DNA of 64,000 nt from a virus (lineage: Duplodnaviria; Heunggongvirae; Uroviricota; Caudoviricetes). The notes below the pieces were generated by a model. It did not search any database and was not told the origin of the DNA. It saw nothing but the letters and a program-made list of their open reading frames with translations. How positions within the stretch are numbered: position 1 is the stretch's first letter; the number at the start of each line of letters is the position of its first letter. The position numbers and the translations under genes were made by a program. The stretch is from the IMG/VR virus record IMGVR_UViG_3300027712_000017; one strand, given 5' to 3'. Of this stretch, positions 56,204-64,000 are shown piece after piece.

Positions 56204-57863
56204 AATAATTGATGATGTAAATTATAGTAACTTCCGAGGCTATAATGGAAACATCAATTTAAAACGTGCTGGTGTAGGTGTCGATTGGACACCCCACATG
56301 GTATCTGAATATATCCTATGTTCACAGGATCCTGTATATTTCGCTAAGAATTACATGAAGATTATACACGTTGATAAAGGTCTTGTCAACTTCGATTTGT
56401 ATGATTATCAAGAAAAAATGATCCGATCAATGCAAGAAAATCGCTATACGGTTCTTGCAACTGCACGACAGATCGGAAAATCAACAACTACTTGTGCATA
56501 CATCCTATGGTATATCATTTTTCATCCTGATAAAACAGTTGCATTGCTTGCAAACAAAGGCGATACAGCTAGAGAAATTTTAGGAAAAGTTCACCTTGCA
56601 TATCAACATCTCCCTAAATGGTTGCAGCAAGGTGTTGTGGAATCAAACAAGGGGTCATTAGTTCTAGAAAATCAATCTCGTGTTATTGCGACATCAACAT
56701 CCGCAGATTCTATTCGTGGTTTCTCGATTAACTTATTGTTTATTGACGAAGCAGCGTTTATTGAAAATTGGGATGAATTTTTCAACTCAACCTTCCCGAC
56801 GATTTCTTCTGGTGAAACAACTAAGGTTGTTCTCGTGTCAACACCTAATGGTATGAACCACTTCTACAAGACGTGGGATTACGCGCTACAAGGCAAAAAT
56901 GAATACAACCCAATCAAGGTTATGTGGTATGATGTTCCAGGTCGTGATGAAGGTTGGAAAGAACGCACACTTGCTGCTATGTCGTTTGACTACGAGAAGT
57001 TTAGTCAAGAACATGAAGTTGAATTTTTGGGTTCGTCAGGCACACTTATTGCTGGCTGGAAATTAAAAGAACTCGTCGTGAAACCTGCATTAGTTGCTCG
57101 TAATGGGTTGTATCAATACGTTGAACCTATGCCTGGCAAGATTTATACAATTATTGCAGACGTTTCACACGGCAAAGGTCTCGACTATTCAGCATTTCAT
57201 GTGATTGATATTAGCCAGATGCCATATAAACAAGTATGTGTATATCGAAATAATACTATCAGTCCTATCGAATATGCAGAAACTATTGCAAGGATTGCTA
57301 GAATCTATAATGACGCTGCTGTCCTTGTTGAAACAAATGACATAGGTGGTCAGGTTGTTGATGCAATACATAATGAATACGAATATGATAATATCCTATA
57401 TACTGCTGCATCGGGTCGAGCAGGTAAACAAATTTCAAACGGATTTGGTCCAGGAACATCTGAAAGAGGTGTTCGAACAACTAAAGTGTTAAAATCAGTT
57501 GGTTGTTCTTTGTTAAAATTGTTGATTGAACAAAATCAATTGATTGTTCATGACTACAACACTATCCAGGAATTGACTACATTTTCTCGTAAGGGTAGTA
57601 GTTATGAAGCTGAAGCTGGATGTCATGATGACTTGGTTATGCCTTTAGTATTATTTGCATGGATGTCTGATCAAAATTATTTCAAAGAAATGACTGATAT
57701 TAATACATTGATGAAATTGAGAGAAAAGACAGAAGCAGAATTGATGAGTGATTTATTACCTTTTGGTTTTATTGAGGATGGACGTGATGATGTAAATGTA
57801 AATGAACTGGGTGTCGATGTAAGCATGCCTTCATGGTTAAACATGAATGATGGCTGGGATTGA
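56187..57863 (+). CDS. gp17: Terminase large subunit gp17
   Basis: Walker A ARQIGKSTT, Walker B LLFIDEAAF, STPNGMNHF, DVSHGKGLDYS and GCHDDLVM motifs. Confidence 0.97.
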   Translation: MAEKIEIIDDVNYSNFRGYNGNINLKRAGVGVDWTPHMVSEYILCSQDPVYFAKNYMKIIHVDKGLVNFDLYDYQEKMIRSMQENRYTVLATARQIGKSTTTCAYILWYIIFHPDKTVALLANKGDTAREILGKVHLAYQHLPKWLQQGVVESNKGSLVLENQSRVIATSTSADSIRGFSINLLFIDEAAFIENWDEFFNSTFPTISSGETTKVVLVSTPNGMNHFYKTWDYALQGKNEYNPIKVMWYDVPGRDEGWKERTLAAMSFDYEKFSQEHEVEFLGSSGTLIAGWKLKELVVKPALVARNGLYQYVEPMPGKIYTIIADVSHGKGLDYSAFHVIDISQMPYKQVCVYRNNTISPIEYAETIARIARIYNDAAVLVETNDIGGQVVDAIHNEYEYDNILYTAASGRAGKQISNGFGPGTSERGVRTTKVLKSVGCSLLKLLIEQNQLIVHDYNTIQELTTFSRKGSSYEAEAGCHDDLVMPLVLFAWMSDQNYFKEMTDINTLMKLREKTEAELMSDLLPFGFIEDGRDDVNVNELGVDVSMPSWLNMNDGWD

Positions 57864-57875
57864 ATCTGAAGCATT

Positions 57876-57883
57876 TATAAATA
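57876..57883 (+). promoter_or_regulatory. T4 late promoter for gene 18
   Basis: Exact TATAAATA in the gp17-gp18 gap, with an AAGGAG SD downstream. Confidence 0.8.
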
Positions 57884-57928
57884 AAGAGAATATATCTCAT
57901 CATAGAACTTTGAAAAAGGAGAATCCCT

Positions 57929-60298
57929 ATGTCATTCCAAATAAGCCCGGGCATTAATGTCAGTGAAATTGATCTAACTACTATCGTTCCTGTTGTTTCA
58001 ACAACTGATGGGGCTATCGGCGGCGTTTTTCGTTGGGGTCCTGTTGATCAGCGCGTTTTAGTAGATTCTGAAAATAGTTTGCTATCTAACTACGGCAAGC
58101 CAACAAATCTAAATGCTGAAACCTGGTTGACTGCAGCTAGTTTCACTAATTATGGCATTCGTTTGCATGTATCTCGTGCTGCCAATACTGTCGGAACATC
58201 GCCAAAGGTATCTATTGCAAATATTGTTGCAGGATCTGCATCAGTAAATGTTAGCTCTACTGCAAACTTGTCAGCAGGTATGTATGTAATTTCTGCGAAT
58301 TCATCTGGCATTAAGATCGGCGCAAAAATTGATGCTATTACCAATGCAACAGCATTTACACTTTCTGCGTCTTCTGATGCATTAGTTAATGTTAACAGCG
58401 GCACAATTCAATTCGCTACTAACACTGCATTCAGCGCGATTGCAAATACAGGATCTGTTGACAACTTAGCTGCACAAATTATAAAAAGCAGCGCACATTT
58501 CCTTGATAAACCATCATCAGAATTTGATACTAATACCAACTTTGTTGCAAGATATCCAGGTGAAGTAGGAAATTCATTGAGAATTTCTGTCTGCGCCAAT
58601 TCTGCAGGTTATCAATCTAATATCGCACTAACAAGTAATACTTACAAATTTGTAGGAACTGCAACTGATGGTGTGAACACAACAACTATTAACAGATTTA
58701 CTACTTTGGTTGCTCCTAATGGTTCAAAAGTTGTTACAGCAACAATAACTGAAACATCTTCGAACGGTTCAATCGAAAGTGCTAATGCTACTGCACTTGC
58801 TGCAGCAACAACATTACAAAGTCAAATCAATGTCACTGATACTGTTGTATTAGGTAAGGATACATTTAAAGTAATTACAGCAAATCCAGGCACCATTGGG
58901 TTGACGCCATCTTCAAACACTACTAATGCAACAGCGACATTTAGTTTTGTAGTAAATTCTAAAATTGTCAAAGATGCAGGCGGCGTAACTCTTGAGTCAA
59001 ATTCTGCTGTAGTTGCGAATAATACTATTCAGCGCGGATGGGAGTTCAAAGGTTCATTTGATGCCGCGCCAGGAAAATCAAGCTATCAATCTAGCTTCGG
59101 AAATACTTCTGTAAATTCAGATGAAATGCACATTGTTGTTGTTGATGATGGTGGCAAGTTTACTGGTGTTCCTGGTACTATTCTAGAAACATATCGTGGC
59201 GTTTCTCGTGCAACTGATGCTAAAACAGTTGATGGCGGAAAAAATTATTATAAAGATGTAATCAATGATAATTCAGATTACATTTATGCAATTAATAACA
59301 TGGGTGGTGCTACGACAGCAACAGCTACTTTATTGATCAATTCGACACTTGATGTATATCAGAAAACATTTGTTCAAGGCAGAGATGGTGCTGATGAATC
59401 TAATATATCACCTGTCGAACTTTATGACGCATATGCACAGTTTGCATCGCCAACAGATGTTGATGTGTCACTTATTATGACAGGAAAACTACCTACAGGT
59501 ACTAGCGCACAACTTGCAAATTACTTAATCAACATGGCTGAAAATCGCAAAGATTGTGTAGTTTTCATTTCGCCATCTAAAGAAGATGTTGTAGGTAAAT
59601 CAGGTAGCGCAGCTGCTGATGCTATTGTCGCAACAAGAAATCTGATCGACCCATCGTCATATGCCTTCATGGATTCTGGTTATAAATACATGTATGATCG
59701 CTACAATGATGTATATCGTTGGGTGCCATTGAATGGTGACATTGCAGGTCTATGCGCTAGAGCAGACGTTACAAATGATTCTTGGTGGTCGCCGGCAGGA
59801 CCTGCTCGCGGTCAAATCAAAAATCTAATTCGTTTAGCATACAATCCATCAGTTTCAGAGCGTGGCACATTGTATACTAACGGAGTAAATCCAGTGGTTT
59901 CATTCCCGGGTCAAGGAACACTCCTGTATGGTGATAAAACCTTGCTAGGTGTTGCGTCTGCATTTGATCGTATCAATGTTCGTCGTCTGTTTATTCTTCT
60001 TGAAAAAGCAATCGCTCGTGCATCAAAGAGCACATTGTTCGAGTTCAACGATGCATTTACTCGTTCACAGTTCAAAAATCTTGTGAATCCATATTTGCGT
60101 GACATTCAAGGTCGTCGTGGTATCACTGATTTCTTGGTTGTTTGTGATGAAACAAACAATACACCAGAAGTTATTGACCGCAATGAATTTGTTGGCGATA
60201 TATACATTAAACCTGCACGTTCAATCAATTACATTCAATTGAATTTCGTTGCTGTAAGAACTGGCGTTGCCTTCTCCGAAGTCGTCGGACAATTCTAA
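57929..60298 (+). CDS. gp18: Tail sheath protein gp18 (enlarged, 789 aa)
   Basis: SPGINVSEIDLT, FRWGP, DSGYKYMYDRYND.YRWVPLNGDIAG, WWSPAG and FDRINVRRLF motifs. Confidence 0.97.
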   Translation: MSFQISPGINVSEIDLTTIVPVVSTTDGAIGGVFRWGPVDQRVLVDSENSLLSNYGKPTNLNAETWLTAASFTNYGIRLHVSRAANTVGTSPKVSIANIVAGSASVNVSSTANLSAGMYVISANSSGIKIGAKIDAITNATAFTLSASSDALVNVNSGTIQFATNTAFSAIANTGSVDNLAAQIIKSSAHFLDKPSSEFDTNTNFVARYPGEVGNSLRISVCANSAGYQSNIALTSNTYKFVGTATDGVNTTTINRFTTLVAPNGSKVVTATITETSSNGSIESANATALAAATTLQSQINVTDTVVLGKDTFKVITANPGTIGLTPSSNTTNATATFSFVVNSKIVKDAGGVTLESNSAVVANNTIQRGWEFKGSFDAAPGKSSYQSSFGNTSVNSDEMHIVVVDDGGKFTGVPGTILETYRGVSRATDAKTVDGGKNYYKDVINDNSDYIYAINNMGGATTATATLLINSTLDVYQKTFVQGRDGADESNISPVELYDAYAQFASPTDVDVSLIMTGKLPTGTSAQLANYLINMAENRKDCVVFISPSKEDVVGKSGSAAADAIVATRNLIDPSSYAFMDSGYKYMYDRYNDVYRWVPLNGDIAGLCARADVTNDSWWSPAGPARGQIKNLIRLAYNPSVSERGTLYTNGVNPVVSFPGQGTLLYGDKTLLGVASAFDRINVRRLFILLEKAIARASKSTLFEFNDAFTRSQFKNLVNPYLRDIQGRRGITDFLVVCDETNNTPEVIDRNEFVGDIYIKPARSINYIQLNFVAVRTGVAFSEVVGQF

Positions 60299-60304
60299 TA
60301 AATA
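60297..60304 (+). promoter_or_regulatory. Late promoter variant (AATAAATA) before gene 19
   Basis: One mismatch from consensus, overlapping the gp18 stop. Confidence 0.5.
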
Positions 60305-60326
60305 AACGAAAGAATAGGAGAATAAA

Positions 60327-60926
60327 ATGGCATTTAATATCAACACATTTAGATCACAGGGTCTAGTAGGGGGCGGCGCTCGTCCGTCCCTATTCGACAT
60401 AGAAATTGCAGGATATCCAGGACTTGAAAAGCTAAGATTTGTTGCAAGATCATCTCAGATTCCTGCAATGTCAATTGGTTCAATTGATGTTCCTTACTTC
60501 GGCAGAAAAATCAAATTAGCGGGTGATAGAACATTCGCTGATTGGTCGATCACAGTAATGAATGATGAAGATTTCAAAATTCGTGCTAGATTCGAAGAAT
60601 GGTCAAACAAGATGAACACATTGATCTCAAACGTCAATGCTGCAGGAAGTAGCCCAGCTGACTACAAGTGCACTGCAATTGTTCGTCAGTATTCTAAAGC
60701 AGGTAAATCAGGTGATACATCTAGTAAACCAATCAGATCATATCGTTTCGTAGGTATATTCCCAACTCAAATTGATGCAATTAATCTTGATTGGGATACT
60801 GTAAATTCTATTGAAACATTTGATGTTACTTTCTCATATGACTGGTGGGAACCAGTTGCTGATGAAAATAGCACCGGCGCAGTAAATTACGATACAACTA
60901 TTATCGGAAATGGCTTCAATAAATAA
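60327..60926 (+). CDS. gp19: Tail tube protein gp19
   Basis: GGARPSLF, VPYFGRKIKLAGDRTFADWSITVMNDEDF and F.VTFSYDWW motifs. Confidence 0.96.
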   Translation: MAFNINTFRSQGLVGGGARPSLFDIEIAGYPGLEKLRFVARSSQIPAMSIGSIDVPYFGRKIKLAGDRTFADWSITVMNDEDFKIRARFEEWSNKMNTLISNVNAAGSSPADYKCTAIVRQYSKAGKSGDTSSKPIRSYRFVGIFPTQIDAINLDWDTVNSIETFDVTFSYDWWEPVADENSTGAVNYDTTIIGNGFNK

Positions 60927-60974
60927 GTTTTTATTCTAGTCTCTGATATGAACTACTAAATTTTGTTTATATGA

Positions 60975-61007
60975 GGGGCTATCGTAATCGGTAGCCCCTA
61001 TTATTTT
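60975..61007 (+). terminator. Hairpin/partial terminator between genes 19 and 20
   Basis: GGGGCTATCG-taat-CGGTAGCCCC followed by TATTATTTT. Confidence 0.7.
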
Positions 61008-61019
61008 GAAGGAAAATAT

Positions 61020-62606
61020 ATGGCATCTCTATTCGGTTTTGAAATAAAACGCAAGCAAGATACGGAAAACTTGCCTTCCTTTACTCCTGAGTATAAGGAC
61101 GATGGCGCTGTAGTCGTTGCAGCGGGCGGTCAATATGGAACATATATCGACCTAGATGGAACTATCAAAACAGAAGCAGAACTTGTTTCCAAATATCGTG
61201 AAATGGCACTGCAACCTGAAGTCGACCAAGCAATTGATGACATTGTTAACGATGCTATTGTCACAGAAGACAAAGTAAAAACTGTAGAGATAATTCTTGA
61301 TGATGTAAAAATTGCAAATAATGTCAAAAAAGCTATATCAAATGAATTTGACAACATTCTACACCTTTTAGATTTTAAGAAATATTCTTATGACATCTTC
61401 AGAAAGTGGTATGTCGATGGTCGTCTATATTATCATGTAATAATTGATGACCAAAAAATTCAAGATGGCATCAAAGAAATTCGCTATATTGATCCGCGTA
61501 AAATTCGCAAGATCAGAGAAGTAGCAAAATCAAGAAATAAAATTGATCCTAATGCGACAACTATTCAAAAAACAACTGCAGAATATTATGTGTATAATGA
61601 CAAAGGATTCCAAGCAAGGGCAGGCGCTCAGGCTGCAATGGGTTCATCTAGCGGTTTGCGTATTGCTAAAGATTCAATCGTATATGTCACTTCTGGTTTA
61701 ACTGATCGTGACGGGACTATGGTCCTGTCTTATATGCACAAAGCAATCAAACCTATGAACCAACTTCGTGCATTAGAAGATGCTACGTTGATTTATCGTT
61801 TGACTCGCGCTCCAGAACGTCTGATTTTCTATGTTGATGTTGGTAATCTGCCAAAAATGAAGGCAGAACAATATCTTCGTGACATGATGACTAAATACAA
61901 AACCAAATTGGTTTATGATCAAGCAACTGGCGAAGTTCGTGATGATCGTAAATTCATGACTATGACTGAAAACTATTGGTTGCCTCGTCGTGAAGGTGCT
62001 CGCGGTACTGAAATTACAACACTTCCTGCAGGTCAAAATCTTGGCGAAATGGAAGATGTAAAATACTTCCAGCGCAGATTGTTTAGATCACTAAACGTTC
62101 CTTTCAACAGAATTGAACCTGATGCTATGAACTCATTGGGTCGTTCATCTGAAATTACTCGTGAAGAAGTTAAGTTTGCAAGATTCGTTGATCGGTTACG
62201 TTTGCGTTTTTCAGAATTGTTTATGGGATGCCTTGAGAAGCAATTGATCCTAAAGAAAATCATGACACCTGAAGATTGGGATGAATTTTCAAAGGATTTT
62301 ACATTTAAATATGCCCGTGATAGTTTCTTTGCAGAATCAAAAGAGCTTGAAATTTTAGGTGATCGTCTAAGTGCACTAAATAATATCGTGCCTTATGCTG
62401 GTAAATATTATTCAAATGAATGGATTCGTAAAAACGTTCTACGTCAATCAGAAGATGAGATGGAATTGATTGATGGAGAAATTGCCGCAGAAGCTATTAA
62501 CCCACAATATGCTGATCCTAATGCAGAACAAAATCAGGGTGGGGCGCCGCAAGATCAAACACAAGCAGGTCCTCCTGTACCACAGCCCGCTGAAGCACAA
62601 CAATAA
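61020..62606 (+). CDS. gp20: Portal protein gp20
   Basis: LFGFEIKR, WYVDGRLYYH, IYRLTRAPER..FYVDVGNLPK and WLPRREG.RGTEI motifs. Confidence 0.97.
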   Translation: MASLFGFEIKRKQDTENLPSFTPEYKDDGAVVVAAGGQYGTYIDLDGTIKTEAELVSKYREMALQPEVDQAIDDIVNDAIVTEDKVKTVEIILDDVKIANNVKKAISNEFDNILHLLDFKKYSYDIFRKWYVDGRLYYHVIIDDQKIQDGIKEIRYIDPRKIRKIREVAKSRNKIDPNATTIQKTTAEYYVYNDKGFQARAGAQAAMGSSSGLRIAKDSIVYVTSGLTDRDGTMVLSYMHKAIKPMNQLRALEDATLIYRLTRAPERLIFYVDVGNLPKMKAEQYLRDMMTKYKTKLVYDQATGEVRDDRKFMTMTENYWLPRREGARGTEITTLPAGQNLGEMEDVKYFQRRLFRSLNVPFNRIEPDAMNSLGRSSEITREEVKFARFVDRLRLRFSELFMGCLEKQLILKKIMTPEDWDEFSKDFTFKYARDSFFAESKELEILGDRLSALNNIVPYAGKYYSNEWIRKNVLRQSEDEMELIDGEIAAEAINPQYADPNAEQNQGGAPQDQTQAGPPVPQPAEAQQ

Positions 62607-62618
62607 GGAGTTAATATA

Positions 62619-62954
62619 ATGAGTGATGATAAATATAACATTGAAGACATCGTGAATTTTTCTGCACAAGAAAAACCAATCAGTGTCAAGGATGCAGTTA
62701 ATGATGTAATGTTGACGAAGATTCATGCTGAAATTGAAGCTAAAAAACTTGAAGTTGCAAAGAGCATTTTTGGCGGTGACACAGAAATAGATGAAGATGA
62801 TGAAGATTTCGATGACGAAGATTTTGATGATGACGAAGATGAAGACGACGATTTTGAAATCTCTGATGAAGAATTAGACGATCTATTTAATGACCTAGAA
62901 GAATTAGATGACACAGATTTAGAAATAGAGGACGAAGATGGCGAAGACGCTTAA
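62619..62954 (+). CDS. gp67: Prohead core protein, gp67-like, with an acidic tail
   Basis: Follows the portal; IHAEIEAKKLEVAKSIF then a long D/E tract. Confidence 0.65.
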   Translation: MSDDKYNIEDIVNFSAQEKPISVKDAVNDVMLTKIHAEIEAKKLEVAKSIFGGDTEIDEDDEDFDDEDFDDDEDEDDDFEISDEELDDLFNDLEELDDTDLEIEDEDGEDA

Positions 62955-63561
62955 GGATATTCTAGAGGTTGCTAAACCTGTGTCGCCAGCCGACAAAGCA
63001 TTCGTAGCAAAGCACACCATTAAAAAGACACCTGACGCCAACAAGAATGGTGATGATGTTTTCAATGCTACAAAGACAAAAACATACAAGCGCAGCCCAC
63101 ATAATGGTTACGACAATGGCGCTGATGAAAAAGTTTATGAAGAACATATGACTGCTGCTGATAAAGCAAGAGAAGAAGCTATTAAGGCAAAGACTGATCC
63201 GTCAGGCATGAAAGCATCTATGCAGAAGAAATATGGTCCTGAAAAGGGTAAGCAAGTTTACTTTGCAACCATTCGCAAACAAGCAATGGAATCTGTCGAA
63301 GAAATTGATGAAGGTGTTGCAAAAGATCACTATGATACACATCATAAGCGTGCTATGGCTGCTTTGAATGACATTGGCAAGCACTTGATGAAGCAAAAAG
63401 CAATGTGTGATAAGTCAGACAATAAGTGGATTCATTCTGACCAAGCATGGGGAATGAAAGATACAGCTCGTCAACTTGAAGACATGGCACAAGGTGCAGC
63501 ACAACGCACTGAAAATATGACGCCAGTTCCAATGTCACAGCCAGGTATAAGAGGTTATTAA
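62938..63561 (+). CDS. Hypothetical (probable internal head) protein, 207 aa
   Basis: MAKTLKDILE start; K/E-rich; located in the prohead core block. Confidence 0.65.
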   Translation: MAKTLKDILEVAKPVSPADKAFVAKHTIKKTPDANKNGDDVFNATKTKTYKRSPHNGYDNGADEKVYEEHMTAADKAREEAIKAKTDPSGMKASMQKKYGPEKGKQVYFATIRKQAMESVEEIDEGVAKDHYDTHHKRAMAALNDIGKHLMKQKAMCDKSDNKWIHSDQAWGMKDTARQLEDMAQGAAQRTENMTPVPMSQPGIRGY

Positions 63562-63563
63562 TA

Positions 63564-64000
63564 ATGCCAATTCCTACAGTAAGTACTAATAATTATACTA
63601 TGCAGACTGCTCGTCCGCAGTCATTTCTTTTACCTTCTAGAGTTCGTGATGTTGTAGGCAAAATGAAAGTTTCAATGTCTGAAAACATTTACGAAGCAGA
63701 CTTTGAATATGGCACTCAGCCAATGCGCTGGGAAAATTTAATTATTAATACAGCATCTTCAGGTAGCCTTGCAAACATTGCTCACATGCCAGGATTAGGT
63801 GGTGTTAGAATGTTGATTGGCAATAATGCGGGTGATGTTGCTATTCGTCAATCAAGACCTTATCATCGTTACCAGCCAGGTAAAACTATGTATATGGCAA
63901 CTGCTGCAAACTTCGGTGCACCTGTTGCGGGATCAGTCCAAAGAGTCGGATTTTTTGATGATGGCAATGGCGTATTTTTTGAACAAGGAACAGCCACTGC
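63564..64000 (+). CDS. Partial ORF (runs off the window), unknown structural protein
   Basis: Open from ATG 63564: MPIPTVST...RVRDVVGKMKVS...IRQSRPYHRYQPGK...RVGFFDDGNGVFFE. Confidence 0.7.
   Translation, partial: MPIPTVSTNNYTMQTARPQSFLLPSRVRDVVGKMKVSMSENIYEADFEYGTQPMRWENLIINTASSGSLANIAHMPGLGGVRMLIGNNAGDVAIRQSRPYHRYQPGKTMYMATAANFGAPVAGSVQRVGFFDDGNGVFFEQGTAT

Noticed and set aside
56187-62606. Introns or inteins in terminase, sheath or portal
   Set aside because: The ORFs are continuous with expected motifs and lengths; the extra length of gp18 is low-complexity insert, without intein motifs.
62790-62945. GAT/GAA-rich tract as a non-coding repeat
   Set aside because: It encodes the acidic tail of the gp67-like protein.
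427-63538. Numerous short opposite-strand ORFs in the ORF track (e.g. 427-654, 4298-4525, 31926-32210, 41531-41848)
   Set aside because: They lie fully antisense to well-supported genes and reflect their codon bias; no RBS or recognisable motifs.
1-64000. tRNA, rRNA, integrase, transposase or glycosyltransferase genes
   Set aside because: None recognised by eye; intergenic gaps are mostly too short. A tRNAscan-SE/HMM run would be needed to exclude them formally.

Overview
This is a 64 kb segment of an AT-rich, large T4-superfamily myovirus genome with cyanophage/alphaproteobacterial-T4-like gene order. The host is probably Gram-negative. The window runs from a few accessory ORFs and the gp33-gp59-gp32 replication genes, through a minus-strand hub/tape-measure block (two Pro-rich paralogues, gp51-like, gp26, gp54-like, gp2, gp4). 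It continues through the plus-strand baseplate module (gp48, gp53, hub, split gp5, gp25, gp6, gp7, gp8, VrlC-like) and a ~22 kb fibre/adhesin cluster containing a GIY-YIG homing endonuclease. It ends with a GH19 endolysin plus two holin-like genes and the gp13-gp20/gp67 neck-terminase-sheath-tube-portal block. No tRNA, CRISPR array or reverse transcriptase was recognised. Strongest signals: (1) Surface-exposed virion proteins are heavily enriched in N-X-S/T (N-glycosylation sequon) motifs, while buried and cytoplasmic proteins are at background; this suggests a possible virion N-glycosylation system whose transferase is not in this window. (2) A T TTT TTT slippery site would fuse gp26 to a start-less gp51-like frame by -1 frameshift, in a lambda G/GT-like arrangement. 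(3) gp15 appears to start at AUU. (4) The homing endonuclease has a late-promoter/RBS-sequestering hairpin. (5) Several adhesin modules are recently expanded (LamG triplet, Gly-rich quartet, near-identical-blade beta-propeller). Gene names come from motif recognition and synteny only, with no database search; all counts are manual and approximate.
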